A stretch of 64,000 bases of DNA, taken from the NCBI RefSeq assembly GCF_018977255.1, contig NW_024704743.1, positions 33,916,001 to 33,980,000 on the forward strand, read 5' to 3'. Under the pieces are notes generated by a model. The model saw only the letters and a list, made by a program, of their open reading frames with translations. It had not been told where the DNA came from and did not search any database. Each line of letters begins with the position of its first letter. Positions within the stretch are counted from its first letter, which is position 1. Below, piece by piece: positions 10,640 to 23,948 of this stretch. The DNA comes from Callorhinchus milii (lineage: Eukaryota). Position numbers and translations under genes: made by a program.

Positions 10640-13600
10640 ACAACGACCTGGCAGCCACTGCCACTCGGCCATGACCTAGGAGGCTAAGCCTAAGGGCTGA
10701 TGCTGTCCTGCTGATTGCTTGCTCCCGGTCTCTGTGTGCGCATTTTGGTTGCCGCCCCGACCCGAGCCTCCCCCTAAATGTCTCTCCTCTCATTCCCCTC
10801 TATGTCTCTCCTCCCACCCCCTCTATGTCTCTCCTCCCACCCCCTCTATGTCTCTCCTCCCACCCCCTCTATGTCTCTCCTCCCACCCCCCTAAATGTCT
10901 CTCTTCCCACCCTCCTCTATGTCTCTCCTCCCACCCTCTTCTATGTCTCTCTTCCCACACCCTCTACCTGCTATTCCCCCTCTGTCCTTCTCTCCCACTG
11001 CCCTCCCCGCCTTCTCTCTCTCCTTGACCCCATCACCACTTCCCTCTGCTCCAGCCTGGGCATCCTCCGCCGGGCCCATCGTGGCTCCCGGCACTGGCTG
11101 CCCAGAGCAGCAACCCCACGTGTCCCATCACTCACTCCCTCTGCTCAAACCGCTTCCTTAAGGCAAACCCAACTCCCCCTCCCTCATACATACCCTCCCC
11201 AACCCCACTCACACCACTCTCCACAACCATCTCTCCTATACAACCCAAAATCCTCTCCACATCACTCTCTACTCCCTCCCCCCCTTCAGCAAACCCACCC
11301 GCATTTACCTCCAAAATGTCCGGAGCCTCTCAAATAAAGCCCTCACCATCCACGACCTCATCCTGGATGAGCACCTTGATATTCTTGGGCTCACCGAAAC
11401 CTGGCTCTCCCCCAATGACCCCGTCCCCCAAGTGGAAGCCTCCTCTCCAGGCTACACCTTCACCACACCCTCCGTCCAAACCAACGTGGCGGCGGGGTGG
11501 CTTTCATTTCCAAAACCTCCCTTGGTCTCACCCCCTACTCCTCTGGCTGCTTCCCCTCCTTCGAGCAACTCATCCTCTTCCACCCCTCTCTCCCTTTGAA
11601 AATCCTCCTTGTCTACCACCCCCCTAAGCCCCCAGCTCCTTCCACACTGACATCTCTACCCTCCTCTCTTCCCTATCCCTCTGCTCCGAGCGCCTACTCA
11701 TAATGGGCGATTTCAACCTCCACCTAAACTCCCCTTGCACCACTTCTGCTGATTTCACTGCCCTCCTCTCCTCCCTAAACCTCACCCTCCATATAAACTC
11801 ACCCACCCACAACCGTGGTCATGCCCTTGACCTCGTTATCATCCACTGCCGTGACATTTCCGACCTCAGCATAGTGGACAAGGCCATCTCGGACCACTTT
11901 TTCATCTCCTTCTCCTCTCACATCCCTCTCTCCTCCACCAAGCCCTCAACCATCCTCTACTGCCCTTGGAAAAGGCTACCCCCTGAGACCCTCACAAAGG
12001 CCCTCTCATCATCAAATATCCTATCCCTCTGGCCCTCCACCTGCGGAGATCCTGAAGCAGCTGTCCAGCTGCTCCATGATCGTCTCTCCTCCACCTTCAA
12101 CTCCCTCGTGCCCCTGAAATTCAGGACCATCTCCAAACCTACCCGATCCCCCTGGTACAACAACAGTCTCCGCCACCAAAAAACCCAAACCCGTCTGCTC
12201 TAGCGCAGATGGCGGAAAACTGGCCTGACAAGTCTACCGCCAACTGTGGCTCGAGCATCTCCACAGCTACCGTCGTTCTTTAACTCGTGCAAAAACGGCC
12301 TTCTACTCCAACATCATCTTGGAGGCTAAACACAACCCAAAATTCCTTTTTTCCACCACCCACTACCTCCTCCGTGCCACCCCTCAGGCCTCCTCAATCT
12401 TCGTATCAAATGCCAAGTGCGAGGAGGTCATGGACTTCTTTTCTTCTAAAATACTTAACATCCGCCAGGCAGCCTCATCCACCTGCCCCTTGTCACCCAC
12501 CACCACGCCCTCTCTGTCCCCCTCACCTTCCTCATCATCTGCTCCTACCACCGCCCTCATCCTACATTCCTTCCTCCCCATCTCTCCCTCCTCCCTCTCA
12601 CCCACCATCACCTCCATGAAACCCACCACCTGCTGCCTAGACCCCCTCCCCGCCAACTTGCTGGTCACCCAGCTCCCCCTCCTCTGTCCACTACTGGCTG
12701 ACATCATCATCCAATCCCTCTCATCCGGATCAGTCCCTGCCTCCCTCAAAACTGCTGTCATCACCCCCCTCCTCAAAAAACCCTCCCTGGATCCCTCAAA
12801 CTCCAGCCACTCCCATCCTATTTCTAACCTGTCCTTCCTCTCAAAAGTTCTAGAACACATCGTTGCCAACCAACTCCGCGCACACCTCTCCTCCCATTCC
12901 CTCTTCGAACCCCTCCAGTCCGGTTTCCGCCCACAGTACAGAGACTGCGCATGTGAAAGTCACAAACGACATCCTCTCTATCTGTGACCAGGGCTCCCTC
13001 TGCCTCCTTGTCCTCCTGGACCTCTCCGCCACGTTCGACACAGTCGATCACGCCATCCTCCTCCACCGCCTTTCCTCCGTCATCCACCTCAGTGGGAGCG
13101 CACTCGCCTGGTTCGAGTCCTACCTCACAAACCGTCAGCAGTACATCTGCACAAACGGCTTCTCCTCCCACTCTCACCCAGTCACCTGCGGGGTACCCCA
13201 AGGATCCATCCTTGGCCCCCTCCTCTTTCTGATCTATATGCTCCCTCTTGGGGATGTCATCCGCAGACATGGGGTACATTTCCACATGTATGCAGATGAC
13301 ACCCAACTCTATTTTTCCACCTCACTTTGCGACCCCCAATCCCTTGATGTTCTGTCAGGCTGCCTGTCAGACCTCAGGGTCTGGATGAGCGCAAACTTCC
13401 TTCAGCTGAACGTTGACAAGACGGAAGCCATACTCTTTGGCTCTCGTCAACGTCAAATATCTCATGGCTCTCACCTCCTCCACTACCCTACCTCGCCCTA
13501 AAACTCTCCGAACCCATACTCAACCTAGGCGTCAGGTTCGACCCCCAATTATCCTTCCTCCCCCACATCCGGTCCCTCACCAGCACCGCCTTCTTCCATC

Positions 13601-14234
13601 TCCGACGCATCGCCCATCTCCGGCAATATCTCTCCCCAAAAGCCGCTGAAACCCTGGTCCATGCCTTTGTCACCTCTCGGCTGGACTACTCCAATGCCCT
13701 CCTCGCCAGTCTCCCATCCACTACCATCCATAAAATCCAAATCATTCAAAACTCTGACGCCCGCATTCTCACCCACACCAAACTCCGCTCCCCGATCACC
13801 CCAGTCCTTGCCAGACTGCACTGACTGCCTGAACCAGAGAGGGTCGATTTCAAGATCCTCACCCTCGTATTCAAGTCTCTGCACTCCTCTGCACCCCCCT
13901 ACCTCTCTGAACTTTGAACTCCTGAAAACAGTGCCCGTTGCCTACGTTCCTCCGGGTCTGGCCTCCTCCTCGTCCCCCAAGTCCTCCGCTCCACCCTCGG
14001 CAGCTGTGCCTTCAGCCATTACACCCCGAGGCTCTGGACCTGCCTTCCTCACTCCCTTCGCCTCTCTCCCTCCCTTCCCATTTTCAGGTCTCTGCTGAAT
14101 ACCTATCTTTTCGACCGCGCCTTTGGTCACCTTCCTCCCCCTCCCCCTGACTCGGCCCCGGGATCCGTTACTGTAAAGCGCTCTGAGACGCCATCCGGCG
14201 TGGAGGGCACTATATAAATCCAACTTGTTGTTGT
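10640..14234 (+). mobile_element. Near full-length L2-clade LINE; APE endonuclease plus RT ORF disrupted by stops and frameshifts
   Basis: N-terminal LGILRRAHRGSR; APE motifs QNVRSLSNK, ILGLTETWL, MGDFNLHL, THNRGHALDLV, ISDHF; RT motifs PISNLSFLSKVLE, QSGFR, LLDLSATFDTVDH, GVPQGSILGPLLF, YADDTQL (13289), LQLNVDKTE, SRLDYSNA; 3' stem-loop then (TTG)n. Stop at 12201, frameshift near 12930. Confidence 0.95.
10771..10968 (+). repeat. Minisatellite, about 8 copies of a 23-24-bp unit (cccctctatgtctctcctcccacc)
   Basis: Tandem units are directly visible. Confidence 0.9.
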
Positions 14235-17200
14235 ATGAAAAACAATATTATTATAATTATCAATGATATCCATTAATAAAGAGGTTTCAAAAGATGACAA
14301 ATGTGGTTTTCAAGCAATTATGTACCATTTTGAAATATAATAATAGTCCTTGATTTGATATAGTGTCTTATCATGTCATGGAGACACCTCAAAGCCCTTC
14401 ATAGGACTTGATTGTATTTGTAGGTGAACAAAGTGGTTAATTTGCGTACACAATGTTTTGCAAACTGTTATGAATAGGTGAATTTGAGAAAGCTGTGGCA
14501 CATAATTGTGGTACATATTTATAACTTCTTGTGCAGTTTATTTGTAATCAGTACAGTAATTGTCTTGCTAGAACTCTGTATTTCTCTAGATCAGTGAGCT
14601 TTCCATGCTGAAGGACACTGAGATATCCTGCCGATATGAATAGTGCTATATAAACCCACGTTATTGTTGTTTGACTATTCCGTGGCTAAGATTTGGTTGG
14701 TTTCTGAGTGCAGATAAACCAGATGTCATTGCTTGTTGCATTGAAATGAACAGCCTTCAGTCCAGCTATGATCTTAACATCTGTATATTAAAATGATGTT
14801 AAAGCTGTGGTGTTAAATTCTGGTTCAAGTGTGACTTATAGTTCAGAATATTTCATGGTTTCGTAAGAGTGTGGAAGAATGGTTTACTTTGCTTACTTGG
14901 ATTTATTCCTTAATAAATTGCCTCAATTGGTGTTTTTAGTTGACTGTATGTTTTATTGCTGAGCTAAACACATATAGTACTGAAAAATGCAACTTGTCAT
15001 TGAAAAGCTTGAACAAGCATTCCCACAAAGTCTATTTTCTGATCGACATCATGTCAGCTTAAAAATTGCTGCCTCTTGCAAAATAAGCTCCTACAATGCT
15101 TGCATTCAGTGTTTGGGAACCACAAAGTGCAAGCAAAAATGCGTTGCAAAATCCAAAGGAAATGAACTGCCAACTAGGTAATGCACTAGTCTCAGCCTAA
15201 CTTCACCATCTGATAGTGTAGTTTTCTTTCCCAACAGTTATTTTCTTATAAAAAATGTATGCGGAAAAAATGTACAAGATACCTTCGGGACCATTACATT
15301 TATTTTTTACAGTAATCTGTACAAACGTTGTCCAAAAATATTTATATTTGCTGATGTGATGGTGACCTTGTTGTCAATGGGGGGAAGGGATAAAGTAGAT
15401 GCTATTTTCTTGTTGAGCGATAAAGTGCACGAATGAAACTTTGACTAACTTTTCATGTCTTTCAATTGAGTTTTGGCAATGTGATTCAACTGCAACATCA
15501 AGAAAATTGTTTGCATATCGTTTTCAATTATGGCAAGCAGGTCAAGATAAAATACAAAATATATTATTTACACGATTGCTCGGTTACTTTCTGGTGGTGC
15601 TCATGGAGGGACCTGGAGCGTATTCTAGATTCATAGAATATGAAGCACAGAAACAAGCTATTCATCCTATCAGGTTGGCACCAGTGTTTTTCTCCATGTG
15701 AGACACCTGGCCTCGTAACCTCGTCCCACTCTCTTGCTTGTTACCACTTTCTTGGGGCACATTTTTTTACAAGCACCCAGTTGCCTTTTCAAAGAATGAA
15801 TCTGTTTTGACAGTAGAATGATGCGCATGTGTTGCTAAATGCTGGTTACTGGAGTCTAATATACAGCAATGTATAACAAGATTTAATAATTAAGAAAATG
15901 ACAATGATGTCTTACAAAAAAGCTATTGGATTTGATCTCCTTTGGGAGCAGTGTTTCCGCATGGATCCAGCTCAATGTTAACAAATACCCCCATCTCAAA
16001 ACCCTCAACTGGTGCCTGTATTGATAACAAAGCCACTCAGAGATGTAAAGCTAATCTAGGATTGCACCAAACACATCCAACACATGGGAGGAGAGAAGCA
16101 ATTTGAGGGCATTGAGGGCACAAGATCAAAGACCTACATTTTTAAAAAGGTTTTGAGGACAGCAAGAAAATGAGTCAGGTGAACGTTTTTAAGCACTCCG
16201 CGATGCTGTCTGGTGTGAAGGGCGCTATATAAATGCAAATTGTTGTTGTTCTTATCATCTGTATATTAAAGTTGTAGAGAGCAGTGTACCGTGACTAAAG
16301 CCTCAGTCACAAATGGTGCGTATATTGCATATGCTCCTCTTTAAAAGAGAAAATAAAAACAGTTTTTTTCACCCATCTATATATCGTGTCTTTATGTGCT
16401 ACGTTTCTGGAGCAAAGGCAAACTGAAATGGATTTGCATATGTTAATCCTTGTTGAAAATAATACAGCCATGAAAAGAAATGATTAATTAAGGTGCAATT
16501 AATTGATGTGGTAGAGAACTTCAACAACGTCCTCAAGAGCTACAACTGTTGAAATGCACAGGTTCTACCGGGCAATCCTAATCATCCTGATTCAGTGTAA
16601 CATGAAGGTCACTGACCTGCTCCAAATAAACACCCCTCTCAATAGCCGTGTTATGCAGGATTCAGCAAGTTTGATATGAACACCTCTGGATATTCTACAT
16701 GATCCTGCCAGATCAGATCAGTCCAGCCACCCTGAAACATTACTTCAATATCCTTATATTTTTTGGTATGTGTTGATTTGATACCTATGTAGCCATTTTC
16801 CAACCCTTCCTTCCTTCCTTTTCCTTGCTCTCATCTTGTGTTTAACTCCAAATAATTTTGAATACCTTGTAATCCTTTACACATAATGTATTAAATTGGG
16901 AAAAATTCAGGATCAATTGAATATAGCATTTGGTGCATTTGATCTTTCTGCAAAATTAAATCAAGCATGGATTTCTGATCACTAAATTAATATTTCTGCA
17001 GAAGTACTCAAGTTGTGAGAAGTGCGAAGATTCCTTTGTGCGCCATCTTTCTGACTCACAGTTTCATCAATATGAAGAGGGGACGCCTCAAGAAGCATAG
17101 AAATAAGGGGAATTTGGGAGACCTTTGGAAGGAGAGAGCAGATTTATTTGCCATTTGGACCGAAAACAGTTTCTCAAATGATCAGGAAGCAAATCACAAA

Positions 17201-17479
17201 GCGGATCCAAACTGGGCAGCCATGCATTTCAGAGACCTACAGGAAACCGAGCTTGATACCAAGTATTTGATTATTGCAGAATTTGAGAATAATAAAAATC
17301 AATAAGGATCAACTCATTATTTGATTTGGGCAGACAGGCCAGGTGTGTGAGTGCGTAAACCATATTGTACAATTTCACAAAGATACGCTTTCTAAAATGA
17401 TAATGGTGAACCCAGTGAATGTTCTGCTATTCAACCAATCCATTCCCCAATTTGTAACTTCGTCTTTTATCTGATAAAT

Positions 17480-17950
17480 TTTCATTTTGGCTTCAAGTCC
17501 CCTGTGAGGGTTCTATTTAATTCAAAGCATGTCACTTTAGTCACATATCTTTGACCCATTAATTTGAAGGTGTCCTGAAAGAATTGCAATAAAGTTAAGC
17601 ATGTCTTGTCTTTAATGAAACCAGGTTGAATTTCCTTTATTGCTTTTCTCTCATTAGGTGCTCCTGAATTACTTGTAACAAATTCTACTATTTTTACCTT
17701 ACATGCCAACCAGCCTATAGTATTGGGATTAAAATGACCCAAGTCCTGAAGATCTAAGCCACATTAATTATCTTTCAGTCTTCTCCTGCTTTTGGTGTAT
17801 CTAAAAAGCTTTGCAAACTTTCATTGGAAGCAGTCACTGCTTCTATCTTTGATGTTTTCAGCACTCTCATTGAATTCCTTCAGGTCCCTGTGGCTTATGA
17901 ATTTTTTAAGCACTTTAGCTCTTTAATGATCACTATTTTGTCATGATCTC
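17480..17950 (-). mobile_element. Ancient CR1-like RT fragment
   Basis: QPGFIKDKTCLTLLQFF resembles the QHGF..GRSCLTNLLEFF motif; gtccctgtggcttatg is a decayed ..GP motif region. Confidence 0.5.
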
Positions 17951-20399
17951 AGGCAAACTAGTTCCTGGATTAGGAGACCAGAACAATTAGCATCTTTTGC
18001 AATAATGCTGCAAGGAAAATTCTTTAATTCAACTATACCATTACTATTCCCACTATTATGTATTTTTCATCCTTAAGGGATTATTGTCTTATTTAGACCT
18101 AAAACAATTTTGTCTTCAATTTTAAGATAGCTGAATATTGTGAAAGTTTCTTCATAACCTAGCTTGGAAGCTGGTTTCTGCTTCCAATATAGGAATGAAT
18201 TTAAGAATATTTTCACAATTCTACGTAAACTGTAATCTTAAACTGACTAAGCCTGGGCGGTACCGCATTTTGGATTTCACATGAGCTCTGACATACTTTG
18301 CCGAGTAGCTATACAATTAGCTCTACAGTTCCCAATACAACCCGTGAGATAAGTTTACATGTGAAGAAGAATAAATAAAGAGTAGATGTAATATATAAAG
18401 TAATTTATATGTACAAATATGTAAGAATATAAAAATATATTATTAATATGATTGCACGTAAAACAATCATGCCAAATATTTGAATGATATGATTTTTTAA
18501 AACATGTGCATTTTAAGATGTGACATTTGCAGAATGAAATTTTAATAACCATCTACAGACAACTCAGATTGGGAGAACTCTGTAGTTTTTTCAGGCTAGT
18601 TTATATTTAAAATATAATCTCTGTGTAAAAGCATTGTTCTGCAACATGGTAACCAACTACAACAACAAATCTATATATAGCACTTTTCATGTCGGGAGGA
18701 TGTCTCAAAGCACCTGACATCCCTGGTTGAGGACCCGAGCTGGGAGTGGGAGCTGAGAACATGGGGAGCGGAAAGATGACCAAAGAATCAGTATCCAGAT
18801 GGACCTTGATCAAGGTGCCAGAGAGAGAGAGTGTGTCAGAGGGACTCTGGAGTCCGTGGAACCCTTTATACTTATCACAGAAATAGCTTACAAAAAGCTG
18901 CCAGGCAGAAGTGTAAAGAGAAGAAATGTATTGAACAGCAAATCTTTGAAGAAATATTTTGGTAACCATGCAAAATGTTTGATTTAAATGATGAAACCTG
19001 AACCTCCACCACTCCTAATTCCCTCTCCTATACCCTTCATCCTCATGTATACATCAGGTTTCCTCTTAAATATGTTGAGGCTTTCTGCTTCAACCACAGA
19101 TCCTGGCAGTTCCGTCCAAACTGTGTTTATATACAGTAAAACTCACATAAGTCGTATCATTTGGGTCCTTAATATTTAATATGACTTACACAAGTTATAA
19201 GTTATGGCAAACTTATATAAGATGTATCAAATATCATTTCAAACCAGAACTGTTTTTAACGGAACATAAAATTAATTTGTATTTAATTTGGGTATCTGTA
19301 TTGCCTGATGCCACGATGACTGGTCAAAACCTTGTCTTCCATACTTGTTCACTGTTCTGTACTGCTCATGCGGTCCTTTGGCATCGCAGCCAAAGTGTAG
19401 TAAGTGTGCATGCAATAATGGGTCAGAACGTAGGTACCTATCATTGTCTAACATGGAGCACTGTGCATGCTACTTCAAGGCCAGTAAGTGCCAATGCAAT
19501 GATGGGTCCCCTTCACTCTCCACTTGATCAGGCATTCCCACCCCCTCGCTCACCACCTGATCAGATGACACTCTTTCCTCTCTCAGCCCCCACCCCCCCC
19601 CTACCGTATTTGCCAACTTATAATTGCTCTAAAATGCTAAGAAAATAGTGTAAATCTAGACCAAGGTGGAATTGATTTGTTGAAGAGGGCTACAACCTGC
19701 CCTCTCCTTGGCCAGAAATTAACATTGGGCGATCCGCCCAAAGGTCTTTGGGATTAACCCATTCGATCAATCAAAATAACTGTGCTGGAAATTTATGGCA
19801 GAAGTTTCCGTGAAAAGATTACGGAATTTTTTCCAGAAAAATATTCTGCAGCCTTCATTTTACATCCCAACTTATTCAAACAAGTTCTTCTGTGTTCTCT
19901 TCAAAGAAACTGTGGTTTCAATTGAGTCATCTTCTTGAAATAATATACCTCCTTTTGTATGATTCATCTCTCCTTTTGTGTGATCTGCCCCCTTTATTGC
20001 ATTTATAAGTATGTGCGGGGAAAGTATAAATTTCTTTCAGCAGAGTACATTTTCCAAGTGACTGCATGTGGTTCTTTTAGTAATCTTCCTAATAGTTTGT
20101 AAGTTAAAATAGATCTGTCAGCACTGTCGAGACATATTATGAGAATACCTCAAATCTGAAAAATGATGCCTGAAGCTTAGTAACTATATTACTGACTGGT
20201 AATTCCTCTGAGAAGATTATAAATAATTCATATCAAATATAGTGGTAGTGTTGCACTTATCTTGAAATCCCTGCTTCGCCTTCCCTTTGCTCCACCAATT
20301 GCAATCAGAGCTACTTTGAGCTACTTTGCCTCCAATCTTTGGGACTCACCTCAAATTTCATTGCCTTGCAGCTTTTATCGCAATATCACAATATTGGTT

Positions 20400-20875
20400 T
20401 GGAAGAAGGCCCATCTGATTTCATCTTCCAGATCTTCCGTCCTCCCAATATCAAGCTGCTTTTTAAATAAGTCTAGTGTTCTAACCATAGCCACTCTTCC
20501 TGGCAATGTGTTACAGTCATTAATTACTCTTTGGGAAAAGAAAAAACTTCCTGGTTTCTGGCCTGAAATAAACCTATTATTCCTCTTACTCCCGTGTCTT
20601 GGTGCAACCTTAATGATCTGAGTTTATTTGTCCAATCCCATTTAAAATTTGATATACCTCTATAATTGTTTTCTCTCAAGAATGAAGAACACCATCTTGT
20701 CTAATCATTGCTTATAGGCTGGCGGATCGCTCTAAAACTGGGGATCATCCTTGTTGCTCTCCTCTGTACTGCTTCTAGGGCCTTGGCAATTCCTTTATTT
20801 TGCAATGACCAGTATACTATGTGCAGTAGTCTATGTCTGGCCTGACCAGTGCACTGTACAATCTGAGTATGACAC
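20400..20875 (-). mobile_element. Old CR1 ORF2 C-terminal/3' fragment
   Basis: The reverse complement contains a LRLYSALVRP-like segment (gcctgaccagtgcactgtacaatctgag) and an FFSQRVIN..N.LP-like segment. Confidence 0.6.
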
Positions 20876-22879
20876 CTAATCTCAACAGACTATCATTAGC
20901 TTCCAGACACCTCTTTTGCCTTGAGTTGCTCCCTTTCTCCTCCCTGCTCAGTGATCCCTATCCTCTTTGGGAAGCATTTTGAAAAGTTCAGCCTATGCAA
21001 AGGCTCATAATATGAATGTAAATTGTTGTTGTAAATATTGCAATTAGATTGTTTCTTCTAGCAGATGCTTAAGGCACAAACTTTCAGTGTGTCCATATGT
21101 CTATTTGATATTAGAAATAAAATCCCAAATTTATCTTTGGATACAATTCAACTAATATAAGGACTCATTCTAACCTGGAATTTAGGTTTCCCTAGTTACA
21201 TCAGCTTTGTATCTAAAATTTCTGAAACCAGTCACCTTTGACGAATAATGTGTTAGCTGTTCCACCTGACAACAAGGTGGGGTGCTCTGGGGAAATAAAT
21301 ACAAAAACTGGAACAGTTCTTGGCAAGCAACAAACTGTTCTTCCTACTTTGACTGGGTGGTGTGTTACAACCTCCGAATCTTATTGTTCTTTACTTACGT
21401 TTTTTTATAAACCCCAAATGGCCCTTTTCTTACTAAGTGTATCAAAGAATTTCATACCATGGTTAATATTCGATGTTAGCTGAACTTTCTTACCTCCCAG
21501 GCATCCCTTATCCCTCCATCTTTCCTATCCCTCCTATTATTGCCACGAGCTCTGCAAATTAGCTGCCGCATTCAACTACAAGATACACAGTCACACAGTC
21601 ATTACATATTACAGTAAATCCTGCAAAGCACTTTGAGACGTACTCCCAATTTGAAAGGTGTATATCAAATGTAAGGATTATTATTATATGTTATTAAATA
21701 AATAGTAATTAAGAATGAACCCTGAAGGAATGCAATAGCAACCTTGTTCCAGAAAGTACGGTATAACAGCTTTATTTTTTTCATTCTATTCAAACGATTC
21801 CATAAGTTCAAGCGTATGTTGTGGTGTTGCTCAATTTGTAATAGAATTGATAATGATTGCACAGATTTTATCTAAAAGCGAAGACGTGTGTACTGCATTT
21901 TGAAAACTGTGATGATATTTTTAGTACTGTGCTGAATGGTCTGATCAATGCAATGCATCATCAAAGGAATGCAGAAGGATAGCAGCTGTTCAGAAGTGAT
22001 CTATGTGGAGATATGTAATGCTAAGTCAGAACTGGCTGAATGAACATAAAACAAGTCAGGAGTTTGTTTTACATGCGATCTCAAAGAATGGATAGGTCAA
22101 ATACACATTATTATTCTAAATGTGTATGTGGGAAGGGGGCTAGAAACAAAAAGTGTACAGATCAATGTGAGTCTATAAACTTCCAAGAAGATCAATGGAC
22201 CCACAGCATGTCGCAGTCCAAAGTGATTTACGGCATAAATTTTACTTTACAGGCTGCAAATTACTGGCACATGACCACAGGGAAATTGTGTAATAGATAC
22301 CTTCTTGTTTGGAATAGCAAATGAATTTGCATCGAATGAATTTACTGTCTTCAGGGACTGACCCAAAGATTGCGATGCAGTGAGATTAATAATCCAAAGT
22401 TCTGTCTCGCTGGGTCTGTAGACTTATTTGCAGTTAAGCAAGCGGTATGAAATATGGACTTATAGATGGAACATGCGCTAAATGAGCGTAAAATGAGTTG
22501 GAAATTGTATTTATTTAAAATACAAAAGGAAATGCTAAAGGCTTGCATCAGAAATATTAGCTTTCTTTTGCAGAGGCTGATTGATCATCTCTGCAGTTCC
22601 AGCGTTCTCATTTTTGGTATATTTCCACCACTAGCTTATTTGTTTTAGAGATCTATTTGCATATTTGCTCCAATCAAACCAAAACAAATGTTTAATTAAA
22701 TTTAATAAACTAATTCAGATCCTGGAATGGCTAAAGTCCAAAAATAAATAAAACATTGCTAAATAAACATTAACATTTAAATATTACTTCTGCTTGCCTC
22801 CTGATCTTTTTTCTCCTCATCAATAGTCTCTTTCTCTTTTTGATAACTTATTATTATTCTTTTTCCAACACATGAATAA

Positions 22880-23300
22880 TAATTATTAGTAATCCATACA
22901 TATGTTATGGCATCTTTCATGTCGGGAACACATCTCAAAGAGCCTCACATGATTTATTGTAAAATGTAGTGACTGCGTATTGTTTTAGGTGAATGCAGCA
23001 GCTAATTTTGCATACAGCAATGTCTTACAAACAGCCATGCATGAAGTAAATGACCAATTCCTGGCAGATTGTTGGCCAGGAAACGGGAAGAAACTCCCTT
23101 CACTTTTCGAATCATGGGATCTTTGATGTCCATCTAAATAGACAGACCGGATTTGGTTTAACATCTCATCTGAAGGACGATACCTCTCACAGTGCAGCAC
23201 TTCCCCATTGTCAACCTAGATTGTGAGTTGAAAGTCCCAACATAGAGCTTGAATTCAGGGCCTTCTGTCTCAGAGTCGAGATATACCTTACATAGTGAAT
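22880..23300 (-). mobile_element. Older Deu-SINE (family B), near full length
   Basis: catgggatctttgatgtccatct, ggtttaacatctcatctgaaggacg, gccttctgtctcagagtcgag and gcagctaattttgcatacagcaatgtc. Confidence 0.75.
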
Positions 23301-23435
23301 TATGCTTAACAAATTTGATTAAAATTTGAAAATGATTAGCAAAACTTATTTAGAACGTGGGTCTTACAAGTTGGACTTTCAACAACTTTAAAGGCAAGTT
23401 TTAGTCATCTAGAATTCACCTAGGATATACACAGA

Positions 23436-23948
23436 GTCACCTTGGGGCTGAGCTGGCTCTAAGATCGTGTGTCGGCAGTTGAATGTCAGAATCAAGCTGA
23501 TCCTCTGTGGTGGTCTCAGTTATCTAGTTCCAGACCCAGGCGGGTCTAGAGTACTGTTGATGATAGCACATCATAGCTTGTTGACAGGACATGGAGGGGC
23601 AGACCAGTCACTGGGATAGGGAGTAATCCCACTCATCTCCTGTTAACCCTACAAGTCAAAGCCCTAACAGGTAGGGTTGTCCCAGCTGGACAAGCAGTGG
23701 GAAGCTTGGCAGACAGTGCTTTCAAAGGCAAGCAATGCAGTTTTAGCTGCTTAAACAGCAGTAACCCAGGATCTGGGATCCTGAAGCCTTGGCTCTTGCC
23801 CAACTGCACTTGATACTCTCGGGAACCGGTTTAGCAGGATACATCCCTCCAGGAAGAGACTACATATTCCATTCCAGACACAGGGTAATCGACATGTGTT
23901 GGTGGCATACATATGTAGAACTCTCAGTCTGGCTTGGATGCACTTTAA
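23436..23948 (+). repeat. Unclassified ~550-bp interspersed repeat, copy 1
   Basis: Collinear with the reverse complements of 47565-48105 and 55595-56102; shared blocks gagctggctc, gttaaccct, aagccctaacag, ggcaagcaatgcagttttagctg, aagccttggctcttgcc, catccctccaggaagag. Confidence 0.75.

Noticed and set aside
10771..10968. Regularly spaced repeats as a possible CRISPR array
   Set aside because: Units are contiguous with no unique spacers, the context is a eukaryotic retroelement, and there are no cas genes.
10719..14223. Many overlapping Pro/Ser- or Gly/Arg-rich ORFs
   Set aside because: Alternative and antisense frames of the C-rich L2 and its minisatellite.
17002..17100. tttctgcag acceptor followed by 32 codons and a stop (KYSSCEKCEDSF...), a possible terminal exon
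   Set aside because: No recognisable protein and no upstream partner exon; compatible with chance.
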